Source of the DNA: a virus
Length of the DNA stretch: 64,000 bases
Virus record (IMG/VR): IMGVR_UViG_3300045988_120248
Location: 45,063-109,062 of that record
Strand: one strand, 5' to 3'
Positions 56,414 to 63,545 of the stretch are shown in pieces. The notes beneath the pieces are model-generated. The model made no database searches. It was not told the DNA's origin and was given only the letters and a program-made list of their open reading frames with translations. Both the position numbers and the translations under genes were made by a program. The stretch's first letter is position 1. Every line of letters starts with the position of its first letter.

Positions 56414-56440
56414 TTCTACCTGGATTCTGGATTTGTCCCG
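56414..56440 (-). promoter_or_regulatory. recurrent promoter-like motif, copy 2
   Basis: CGGGACAAATCCAGAATCCAGGTAGAA, 53 nt upstream of ATG 56361. Confidence 0.45.
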
Positions 56441-56524
56441 GAAAATCTACGCTTTTTGCGGGTATCTTGCGGGAACTTACGGAGATTTTGCGGGTTCAAA
56501 CGCTTGCTCCGCAAGTGTTTTGGA

Positions 56525-56779
56525 TCACAACTCCACTTCACGCTGAGAAGGGATCTCGCAGTCTGGGTTACAGGCATCTTGCGGAGCAAACGCCTGTTCA
56601 CAAGTGGCTGCGAATGCTGGCCAAAATGCTTGCAGCATGTCTTCCGACCAGTTGAACTTTGTACCGCACACGGGACACTGCGCCGGCATATCCCCGCACT
56701 CGTCACACACGATACTGGAGTGACATTTTGCACAGAACAGTTCACCGTACTGCTCAAGGAGTTTCCATCTGTTATCCAT
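56525..56779 (-). CDS. hypothetical zinc-ribbon protein
   Basis: ORF trimmed to ATG 56779 after AGGAGG; CAKC...CDEC...CPVCG. Confidence 0.5.
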   Translation of the reverse strand: MDNRWKLLEQYGELFCAKCHSSIVCDECGDMPAQCPVCGTKFNWSEDMLQAFWPAFAATCEQAFAPQDACNPDCEIPSQREVEL

Positions 56780-56780
56780 G

Positions 56781-57371
56781 TCAGCCTGCCTCCTGAACGG
56801 ATTTGTACCCGTAGTCATGATGGACGAACTCTTTCAATTCTTCTGCGGTCATCAACCGCGCCATTTTATCAATGGCTGCAATGTTGCGGCGGCAGGTGGC
56901 TTTCTCAGCCTTCGTCATGGACTCGCAATCCAGCCAGTTCCGACGATCCCATTCCATGTACTCAGCAGCGGACATCGGAGTTTCGCACGCCATGTCTTCC
57001 GTCTTCCGGAACGCATAAGAGATCTTTCCGTCTTTCGTGAAGTCGATGAACAGCTGGCCGTCGTTGTTGTCCTGCCAGTCAAACACAACATCATTGAAAG
57101 GCTTGTCTGGAAAAACGTCCTTCCATTCTTCGATGATCTTGATCGAAATCTGGTAGTCCTTGAGGTCGAAGTTTACGTCCAGGATGCGGCGCAAATGTTC
57201 GACGTTCACGTCGCGGAGAAAAATCCAGTTGCTGTAGTCCTTGACCGAATCGATGTACTCAATGCCGTATCTAGCACGCGAAATCATTCGCTCGGCATAG
57301 TTCCATTGATAGTAGTTTGCGACGATGAGCTGCCCGGACGCGCGGACATAGATCTGTGAACGCTGTCCCAT
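56781..57371 (-). CDS. hypothetical protein (196 aa)
   Basis: ORF track. Confidence 0.55.
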   Translation of the reverse strand: MGQRSQIYVRASGQLIVANYYQWNYAERMISRARYGIEYIDSVKDYSNWIFLRDVNVEHLRRILDVNFDLKDYQISIKIIEEWKDVFPDKPFNDVVFDWQDNNDGQLFIDFTKDGKISYAFRKTEDMACETPMSAAEYMEWDRRNWLDCESMTKAEKATCRRNIAAIDKMARLMTAEELKEFVHHDYGYKSVQEAG

Positions 57372-57372
57372 T

Positions 57373-57552
57373 TCAGATACCTCCGTACATCAGATCAGCG
57401 ACGCGAACGTCGAACGTTTCCTCGAACCAGTGCCAAATTTCCTCCCGATTTGTTCCGGCCGGGAACCCGTGCCATGCTTCCTCAATGCACTCTGTTTCCG
57501 GGTTCATCGGCACATCGCCGAACTCGTCCCATAATTCCTTGACTTTCTTCAT
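57373..57552 (-). CDS. hypothetical small protein
   Basis: ORF 57373..57627 trimmed to ATG 57552 after AGGAGG. Confidence 0.45.
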   Translation of the reverse strand: MKKVKELWDEFGDVPMNPETECIEEAWHGFPAGTNREEIWHWFEETFDVRVADLMYGGI

Positions 57553-57593
57553 TGTTTTGGCCTCCTGTATGGTGTTTTGTCTTACACCTACGT

Positions 57594-57620
57594 TTCTACC
57601 GAAAAAATGGATTTGTCCCA
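57594..57620 (-). promoter_or_regulatory. recurrent promoter-like motif, copy 3
   Basis: TGGGACAAATCCATTTTTTCGGTAGAA, 42 nt upstream of ATG 57552. Confidence 0.45.
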
Positions 57621-57636
57621 CTCCCAAATAAATTTC

Positions 57637-57882
57637 CTATCGAAAATCATGCTCAAGGAAATCTTCGCAAGCACGTTCATGGTTGAGAAGTCCTTTTATG
57701 GCCTTTTCATACAATGCGCGGGTGAACTCTGCTACATGAGAGAGTTCTTCGTCTTCTGGCGCATCTTCCGCTTTGTCACGCGCAGAATTCAGCTTCTCGC
57801 GCAGGAGCTCGCATTCCTTTTCGCGGATGTTCTTCTCTTTCTCAAGCAGAGAAGCGATAGTTACAAGCGTTGCGTATGTCAC
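57637..57882 (-). CDS. hypothetical coiled-coil protein
   Basis: GTG start 5 nt after the previous stop; RBS GGGGGT. Confidence 0.45.
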   Translation of the reverse strand: MTYATLVTIASLLEKEKNIREKECELLREKLNSARDKAEDAPEDEELSHVAEFTRALYEKAIKGLLNHERACEDFLEHDFR

Positions 57883-57885
57883 GTT

Positions 57886-58071
57886 TTAGTACCCCCAATC
57901 TTGAATGACCTTTCCATCTTTGACGAGCCTCGGAAAGAACTTCCCGCCCGTTGCCTCATCCATTTTCTGCGCGGCCTCCCGCGCCTGATCGGCACTCTCA
58001 AATGTGCCAATCAGAGCGGGGCAGTCGGAATAGCTGTCATACAACGTGTACAACCGCACACCTCCATTCAA
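57886..58071 (-). CDS. hypothetical small protein
   Basis: ORF track; ATGA overlap with the upstream gene. Confidence 0.45.
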   Translation of the reverse strand: MNGGVRLYTLYDSYSDCPALIGTFESADQAREAAQKMDEATGGKFFPRLVKDGKVIQDWGY

Positions 58072-58298
58072 ACCGTCGCAAGAACACCGCTTGTGATGAG
58101 CAGCGTGGCGGCTGCGGCAAGCGAGGATACGACGATCACGATAGAGGCAATGCAGCGGTGTTTGCGTTCCAAATACCGTTTGTAGGCCCGCTGTGCGTTT
58201 CTGGCGCGCACAACGTCTGCATGGTGATTAACCATGTGGCTAAACACGTCCTCCGGCGTGAGCTCCGGCACATAGACCAGAGCGGTTGATTTCTTCAT
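58068..58298 (-). CDS. hypothetical membrane-anchored protein (76 aa)
   Basis: ORF 58068..58649 trimmed to ATG 58298 after AAAGGAG; C-terminal TM helix IASIVIVVSSLAAAATLLI. Confidence 0.45.
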   Translation of the reverse strand: MKKSTALVYVPELTPEDVFSHMVNHHADVVRARNAQRAYKRYLERKHRCIASIVIVVSSLAAAATLLITSGVLATV

Positions 58299-58349
58299 GT
58301 GAACGATCTCCTTTCTTTTCTGCATGGGCATTTCGCCCTGTGGTTTCTG

Positions 58350-58376
58350 ATCTACCGGGTTTTTTCGTTTGTCCCG
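58350..58376 (-). promoter_or_regulatory. recurrent promoter-like motif, copy 4
   Basis: CGGGACAAACGAAAAAACCCGGTAGAT, 52 nt upstream of ATG 58298. Confidence 0.4.
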
Positions 58377-58392
58377 CTGATCGCAAGACTTT

Positions 58393-58752
58393 TCATGCTG
58401 ACATCCGGCGCTCGATTTCGCTTGCGCACTGGAAGACGAACATGACATTTGTGGGTTTACCTCTGTTCGGATCGATTGAGTTTCCGAAGATCTCATACTT
58501 GCGCGGTGTGTTGACACCATCAAATGCCATTTCGACGGCATGGCGCATGCAACGTTCAACCTTGCTGCTCGTTTTGCTGAACCTCTGGGCAATGTCGCAG
58601 TACAAACCGCCGGGTTTCGTTGCACAGGTGCCTTTGTATGCCCCGTCACAGGCGCGCTTGACGGCTTCGGTCAAGTACTTATACCCGTCGAGATTTGCCG
58701 GAATCCCAAGCTCTTTGAAGAGATCGTAGATTGCACATTCTGTTTTAGTCAT
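58393..58752 (-). CDS. Spo0A C-terminal (DNA-binding) domain-like protein
   Basis: ...YCDIAQRFSKTSSKVERCMRHAVEMAF...FGNSIDPNRGKPTNVMFV... matches the Spo0A effector-domain pattern; no receiver domain. Confidence 0.65.
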   Translation of the reverse strand: MTKTECAIYDLFKELGIPANLDGYKYLTEAVKRACDGAYKGTCATKPGGLYCDIAQRFSKTSSKVERCMRHAVEMAFDGVNTPRKYEIFGNSIDPNRGKPTNVMFVFQCASEIERRMSA

Positions 58753-58803
58753 TATTTTGTTTTCCTCCTATAGTCTTGATTTCTAATTTTTGCTCTGCTT
58801 GGG

Positions 58804-59637
58804 TTAAGCGCTTGTCCCGCTGAGTTTGCTCACTGCAACCATGTTGTTGAACAAGACGGTCAGAATCGCCATCAGCCGCTTGTCCTGTGCGACGATGCCG
58901 AGTTTTGAAATTGCCGCGATATCGGCTTTCGTTGCACCGGTTTGTTCAAGACGCTTCCGTGCGTTTTCCAAACGGATATCGAGGCGAACGCCTGCCACTT
59001 CGTCAAGCTGCGCATAAAGATCATTGAATGTCTCGTTGAAATTTCGCCCAGTTTGCATACAAAATCCTCGAACGTTCCGGTTGAATTGAGATTTCCAGTT
59101 CCCTGCCGTTGCCGGCAGAGAAACCAGACTATCTAGCGCATCTTTGATAGTATCCACTGCCAGCGACGTTTCAGCGCTGCTTGCTTCAATCTCCGCCATA
59201 CGCCGTTCGGCCTCTTGCTGACGCATTTCAATATTGATTAGCGTTTGCAGCTGTGGGGATAAACTTGAAAACTGATTTTGCAGTTCGCGCGCTCTGAAGT
59301 ATCCGTTGACAAGCTGCTTTTGAACTTTCCATGCAAGCTCGTCAGTAAAGGCCTTTGCAAGCATGAGATACCCGGATTCCGTCATGAGAACAATGTCCGC
59401 ATCGGGGTTAAATCCATTTGGAGGGGTCTGTCCGAAAAACGGACGCACCTCCGAGCACTTAACCTTGAAGTAATCTTCTCCGTCGACGAAGTGCTCTCGG
59501 TTGTCGCTAAACCGCTTCCGCGCGGTTCCGCCTGGCCGCTTGTGTACTGCATCGATGTCCTTGAATGTCACGACACGCTGTCCGCGATATTCTTTAATTG
59601 CGATACTTGTGCTGTTGATGATTTCTGACTTCTGCAT
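58804..59637 (-). CDS. ORF6N-domain phage antirepressor-like protein
   Basis: IKEYRGQRVVTFKDIDAVHKRPGGTARKRFSDNREHFVDGEDYFKV typical ORF6N N-terminus. Confidence 0.7.
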   Translation of the reverse strand: MQKSEIINSTSIAIKEYRGQRVVTFKDIDAVHKRPGGTARKRFSDNREHFVDGEDYFKVKCSEVRPFFGQTPPNGFNPDADIVLMTESGYLMLAKAFTDELAWKVQKQLVNGYFRARELQNQFSSLSPQLQTLINIEMRQQEAERRMAEIEASSAETSLAVDTIKDALDSLVSLPATAGNWKSQFNRNVRGFCMQTGRNFNETFNDLYAQLDEVAGVRLDIRLENARKRLEQTGATKADIAAISKLGIVAQDKRLMAILTVLFNNMVAVSKLSGTSA

Positions 59638-59785
59638 TTAATTCCTCCTTTGACTTTCGACCTGTATCGGCCTTTCTAATTATAATTATACTCGCGCCAC
59701 AAATAATTTTTTTCCCATGTTTCTCAAAGAAAACAAGAAGAAAGCAGTCGAAAATGTTCGGAGAAAAATTTCGGCTCTGAAAAAT

Positions 59786-59932
59786 TTAGATTCCGGAGAT
59801 CACCCAAGCATCCCAGATATCCTCGACGGACTCGCCGCTTCCCAGCAGCTCTTTGCAGAAGTGCATAAAGAGCAGAAAGCGGTGCGTATCTTTGACTTCG
59901 CTGATAAGAGCAAGAAACTGTTCATTCATCAT
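59786..59932 (-). CDS. hypothetical small protein (48 aa)
   Basis: ATG after AAGGAGG on the gene strand; preferred over the antisense track ORF 59717..59962. Confidence 0.4.
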   Translation of the reverse strand: MMNEQFLALISEVKDTHRFLLFMHFCKELLGSGESVEDIWDAWVISGI

Positions 59933-59942
59933 TTGTTCCTCC

Positions 59943-60716
59943 TTAATTTCTCGGCATTTTAGCCGCTACCAGCTGCGCGTATCTGCGCTGGACGATTCCA
60001 GCGAAGATTTCCCGCAGCCGCTGATCGTGGGCGATAACGGTGAGTTTGTTGACGGCCTGACGGTCTGCGTATTTTGCGCCGCCGACCTTCATGCGCTCGC
60101 GCTGATGCTTCACTCTGACTTCAAGGTTGCATCCAGCGGATTCTTCCAGCGACTTATAGAGTGCGCCGGTTTCTTTCTGGAAGTTGAGATCGAATTCCAT
60201 GCACATCTGCCGAATGCGGCTTCTTGTTTCCACTTGCCAATGATCGCGGCTGACGGTAGGGGAAGCGAGTGCGGAGAACGCCGTGCTCATTGTGTCGCAC
60301 ATCTGCGTTTGGCCGGTTTCAAGAGCGGCGATGCGGCGCTCCTGATCTACCATAAGCTGTGCTTGCGCAAGTAACTGCTCGGCAGGGGAGGGTGACATTT
60401 TTAAGCGCTTCTGCATTTCCTCAAAAGCTGTGACGTATGCCGCAGTAAACAGAACACCTTTTTCACCGGTCATCTTGTTCGCTACCATGTCGCAGCCCTT
60501 GCGCGTGAGAAGGTATCGCGGGCGAGTTTTCCCTTGAGCGTCAACATAATCGCTCGGAACAAAGAAATCCAGCGAACGGAATTTTCCGTTGGCTAAAAAA
60601 TCGCTGTAGGTGTTGATTTTTTCAAGCAAATCCGCGTGCCGGATTTCGATAACCTGTGCGACTTCTCGGCTGTCTAAAACCTCGATACCGTTGTTCGTGG
60701 TAACTTGCAGCTTCAT
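59943..60716 (-). CDS. Rha-family phage regulatory protein
   Basis: ORF trimmed to ATG 60716 (MKLQVTTNNGIEVLDSREVA...RHADLL...YLLTRKGCDMVANKMTGEKG...), Phage_pRha pattern. Confidence 0.7.
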   Translation of the reverse strand: MKLQVTTNNGIEVLDSREVAQVIEIRHADLLEKINTYSDFLANGKFRSLDFFVPSDYVDAQGKTRPRYLLTRKGCDMVANKMTGEKGVLFTAAYVTAFEEMQKRLKMSPSPAEQLLAQAQLMVDQERRIAALETGQTQMCDTMSTAFSALASPTVSRDHWQVETRSRIRQMCMEFDLNFQKETGALYKSLEESAGCNLEVRVKHQRERMKVGGAKYADRQAVNKLTVIAHDQRLREIFAGIVQRRYAQLVAAKMPRN

Positions 60717-60764
60717 CGTGTAATCCTTTCCGGGAACTATAAAAATCCCCCTATCAAATTTGGA

Positions 60765-60793
60765 TTGACAGGGGAATGTAATCACGGTATAAT
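60765..60793 (+). promoter_or_regulatory. consensus SigA promoter pointing against the surrounding genes
   Basis: TTGACA (60765-60770), 17 nt, TATAAT (60788-60793). Confidence 0.6.
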
Positions 60794-60799
60794 GAAAAA

Positions 60800-60896
60800 A
60801 CCGTAAAGTATCCCCATGTCATGCGGGTATTTTCGGGCAGCTCCCTTCTTTGCGCCGGTCGGCAAACTAGCCGCAGAGAAGGGGGTGTTTTTATTT
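60800..60896 (+). ncRNA. candidate about 100-nt antisense small RNA
   Basis: Runs from the consensus promoter to a 12-bp terminator stem (60843-60854/60872-60883) followed by TTTTT. Antisense to the RHH-Rha intercistronic region. Confidence 0.45.
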
Positions 60897-61034
60897 ATCG
60901 GATTCGAGTTCAAGGTCTTTTTGAATCAATTTCAGAATGTATTCTTTTAGAGTGATGCCCTCTTGCGCAATCTTGATTTTGATCTTCTTGTACAGTTCTG
61001 CGTCAACCTTGATGCCGATATTTTTTTCTGCCAC
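60891..61034 (-). CDS. ribbon-helix-helix (CopG/Arc-like) small DNA-binding protein (47 aa)
   Basis: GTG 61034 after AAGGAGGTG; (M)AEKNIGIKVDAELYKKIKIKIAQEGITLKEYILKLIQKDL fits a beta-strand plus two-helix RHH layout; below the ORF-track cutoff. Confidence 0.5.
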   Translation of the reverse strand: MAEKNIGIKVDAELYKKIKIKIAQEGITLKEYILKLIQKDLELESDK

Positions 61035-61063
61035 TTATCACACCTCCTTACGCAAACATGATA

Positions 61064-61094
61064 ACACGATTACACGATAATGTCAATACACGAT
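61064..61094. promoter_or_regulatory. ACACGAT direct repeats (operator-like)
   Basis: ACACGAT at 61064, 61072 and 61088, with related ACACGAA at 61123, between motif copy 5 and the RHH start. Confidence 0.4.
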
Positions 61095-61119
61095 TCGAGA
61101 AAATCTCTCTATTTTTCTA

Positions 61120-61146
61120 TCTACACGAAATATGTGATTTGTCCCG
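61120..61146 (-). promoter_or_regulatory. recurrent promoter-like motif, copy 5 (variant)
   Basis: CGGGACAAATCACATATTTCGTGTAGA, 86 nt upstream of GTG 61034. Confidence 0.4.
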
Positions 61147-61232
61147 GAATGCTTAATATTTACTGTATTTCCACGATAACACACATGTGCTGTCGAAACG
61201 TGTCGCAAAGAGTCGAAAATTACATATAGCGT

Positions 61233-61262
61233 ACAAAAGAAAAGCCGCCCGTATGGGCGGCT
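61233..61262 (-). terminator. intrinsic terminator after 61268..62143
   Basis: agccgccc-gtat-gggcggct stem followed on the - strand by TTTTCTTTT. Confidence 0.55.
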
Positions 61263-61267
61263 CTCTT

Positions 61268-62143
61268 TCAGTCAAACACATAGTCATCGAAAATATTGTA
61301 GAAGTGAAAATATGTTATGGACGTATCTGGATATTCTACCGTGATTCCGTCTGTGAAATTTCTCCAGCAGAATACTCTCGTTGACTCATATCCGACTTTT
61401 GTGCTTGGATACTTGTAATATCCAAGATAATATCCGCCCATTAACTTTTTGTCCGGAAGATACTGCGAAACCAAGTCATATACATCCACTTGATAAGAGC
61501 GCAGTTTTGAAATTGCTTCTTCTTTTTGCTCATCTGTGTATTTGATTGAATACTTGAGATCATACCACGGGAAGTAGCATTCGGTCCTCACTTCATAATC
61601 CTGCGGGAACATTGATGAAGTGTTTTCTGAAATTGTGACTTTAGCTTTAAAATCGCCAAACGGGGTAGAGATGGTTCCCATCTCTTGATTTATGTAAGAG
61701 GCCAGTCCGTCAACAGTTGAAAGGTCATAAGTTTCGCCGATCTCTTCTCCCGCTTGGAAATTATTATTATTTGATTGAACGTCAGAATTTCCGCTGGTTA
61801 TAAGAACGGCGTTGTTCACTCCGTCCCAATCAATGCTAACGCCAAGTGCTTCGCTAACCTTTCTTATCGGAAGATATGTTGTCCTTCCGCCAGTGCTGTC
61901 AATATAAACCAAACCAGAAGGAGCATTACACCCATTCCCAAGAGGATAAGACCCTCCCTGCCAAACGATTGTTTTCCCGTCTACTTCGACGTTTGGCGAT
62001 TTAAAGCTAATCTTTCCTGTTACGCTAAATTCAGGGAAGTCTATACTTATTTCACCCATTGAAACAGCAACGGCTCCGATGGAAAAAGCAATGACGAGTA
62101 CGGCAAAAAGAAAACCCATAACAAAAGCTCTGATGTTTTTCAT
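61268..62143 (-). CDS. membrane-anchored/secreted protein with copper-amine-oxidase-N-terminal-like (stalk) segment
   Basis: N-terminal TM helix; GRTTYLPIRKVSEALGVSIDWDGVNNAVLITS resembles the stalk domain common in Clostridia; AT-richer than neighbours. Confidence 0.5.
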   Translation of the reverse strand: MKNIRAFVMGFLFAVLVIAFSIGAVAVSMGEISIDFPEFSVTGKISFKSPNVEVDGKTIVWQGGSYPLGNGCNAPSGLVYIDSTGGRTTYLPIRKVSEALGVSIDWDGVNNAVLITSGNSDVQSNNNNFQAGEEIGETYDLSTVDGLASYINQEMGTISTPFGDFKAKVTISENTSSMFPQDYEVRTECYFPWYDLKYSIKYTDEQKEEAISKLRSYQVDVYDLVSQYLPDKKLMGGYYLGYYKYPSTKVGYESTRVFCWRNFTDGITVEYPDTSITYFHFYNIFDDYVFD

Positions 62144-62163
62144 TTGATTTGCTCCCTTCTATG

Positions 62164-62850
62164 TTAGTCGAAGTAAACCTGATCGCCGATTTGAACCATG
62201 ACCAGCGACACTTTATCCCCGTCCACCTTTGCCATGATTCCCCAAGTTTCTTTCAGCATAGCTCCGTAGCTGTTTTCTGATTCAACTGTTCCTGCCATCA
62301 TGTATACGCCGTCTTCACCTTTTTGGAATTCGCAGTCAGACATACTGCAAAACTTCGCACTGGAAGGGGATTTCAGGTGGTTCTTCACGCATTTCTCAGC
62401 AAGAGTATACACGCCTGCCATGATTTCATCGGAAGAATACTTGGACGAGCTAGACTTTGACGAACTACTATTGCTCGAACCAGCGCTGCTTGCGGACGTG
62501 CTGGCTGACGTTGAACTCGTATTCGTGGTAGGTGAATGACGTGACATTCCTCTGGATGGGTCACTTATAATGCCAAGTGCAAGCAACGCGCTCATGATGG
62601 CGGCAAAAATCAACACGGCGCGTCGATCTTTTTTCTTTTCGTTTACTCCACAATCGGCTTTGTCACTTGAAGGAATACTTTCACCTAATGGTTGTTCCTT
62701 TTTCGGTTCGCTGGCTTGAGCCGATGGCGAAGTTTCAAAATCCATAGCCCATTCAAGTGGATCTTGCGAAATTGGATATCCACAATTAGGGCATGAAAAC
62801 GCCTTGTCGCTTACTTCTCGCCCACATTCAGGGCATTTGATTAGAGCCAT
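62164..62850 (-). CDS. zinc-ribbon membrane protein with Ser-rich linker
   Basis: CPECG...CPNCG N-terminus, one TM helix, poly-Ser/Thr tract, C-terminal globular part. Confidence 0.55.
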   Translation of the reverse strand: MALIKCPECGREVSDKAFSCPNCGYPISQDPLEWAMDFETSPSAQASEPKKEQPLGESIPSSDKADCGVNEKKKDRRAVLIFAAIMSALLALGIISDPSRGMSRHSPTTNTSSTSASTSASSAGSSNSSSSKSSSSKYSSDEIMAGVYTLAEKCVKNHLKSPSSAKFCSMSDCEFQKGEDGVYMMAGTVESENSYGAMLKETWGIMAKVDGDKVSLVMVQIGDQVYFD

Positions 62851-62955
62851 TGCAAATCCCTCCTTAAATTTTCCCTAGTTTATCCTACCATACCATTCCA
62901 TATTTTCAAGTGTTCCGTCGAAATTTGTAAATTCTGACGGAACGCCACACTATCC

Positions 62956-62982
62956 TTCTACCTGCATTTCGCATTTGTCCCG
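62956..62982 (-). promoter_or_regulatory. recurrent promoter-like motif, copy 6
   Basis: CGGGACAAATGCGAAATGCAGGTAGAA, 106 nt upstream of ATG 62850. Confidence 0.45.
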
Positions 62983-63007
62983 CCCGCCCTTAAATTTTCT
63001 TGGTTTG

Positions 63008-63036
63008 TTGACATTATGTTATTGTACCGTTAAAAT
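63008..63036 (+). promoter_or_regulatory. SigA-type promoter for the small toxin-like ORF
   Basis: TTGACA (63008-63013), 17 nt, TAAAAT (63031-63036). Confidence 0.55.
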
Positions 63037-63117
63037 AAAAAAGCCCACCTTCCGGTGGGCGGGGCGCTGCATGGAGGTGGCAGACGGTCGGCACTTCCTA
63101 TAAAGGAGGTGTTGCGC

Positions 63118-63204
63118 ATGGCTACATGGACTGAGATCTTCTCGTTCTCCACCGTACTCATCGCATTTGCGGGTTTGATTGTTCAGATCTGCAAAAAGAA
63201 ATGA
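63118..63204 (+). CDS. 28-aa hydrophobic peptide, holin-like type I toxin candidate
   Basis: MATWTEIFSFSTVLIAFAGLIVQICKKK after AAAGGAGG; single TM helix plus KKK tail, as in small holin-like toxins of Firmicutes. Confidence 0.5.
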   Translation: MATWTEIFSFSTVLIAFAGLIVQICKKK

Positions 63205-63282
63205 CCGCCATCAGCATAAAGGTTAGGTCAAATCCCATAGGCATCCTTGGCTGACCGCTTGTGGCAGCGCCCCTTTTTCTTC

Positions 63283-63310
63283 ATTATACCGCAAAAACTG
63301 AATGTGTCAA
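63283..63310 (-). promoter_or_regulatory. convergent SigA-type promoter (antisense RNA candidate)
   Basis: On the - strand: TTGACA (63305-63310), 16 nt, TATAAT (63283-63288). The transcript would cover the toxin ORF and reach the - strand terminator gcccacc-ggaa-ggtgggc + TTTTTT at 63037-63059. Confidence 0.5.
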
Positions 63311-63311
63311 T

Positions 63312-63352
63312 AAAAACCAGAACCGTCCGAACGTGGATGGCTCTGGTTTTCT
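63312..63352. terminator. bidirectional terminator between tnpB copy 3 and the toxin locus
   Basis: aaccagaacc / ggctctggtt stem (63315-63348), flanked by an A run on one side and a T run on the other. Confidence 0.5.
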
Positions 63353-63366
63353 TGGTTTTCAACCAT

Positions 63367-63545
63367 TTTCGTGACCTCGCGGAAATGTTGACACTCCCCA
63401 CGTCTAAAGCCGGGGGATTCTCGGTTCAGCGACCGTTGCGCCGTAGTGGCGTCTTACATAGTCTCCACGAGCGTATAGGTTCGGGCGTGTCCCGCCCTAC
63501 CGTATGTTTTGGCTAGGCCAGTAGTCGCAAGCCCTCACTTAGAAG
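63367..63545 (-). ncRNA. TnpB omega RNA scaffold plus guide, copy 3
   Basis: Conserved block after the tnpB stop ending GTCAAC at 63387; guide would be 63367-63386. Confidence 0.55.

Noticed and set aside
59717-59962. 81-aa + strand ORF between the Rha and antirepressor genes
   Set aside because: It is on the opposite strand to the whole block and has no RBS. A 48-aa gene-strand ORF with AAGGAGG (59786..59932) explains the gap better
60825-60881. 18-codon ORF (MSCGYFRAAPFFAPVGKL) inside the candidate small RNA
   Set aside because: There is no Shine-Dalgarno sequence, and the ORF runs through the terminator stem
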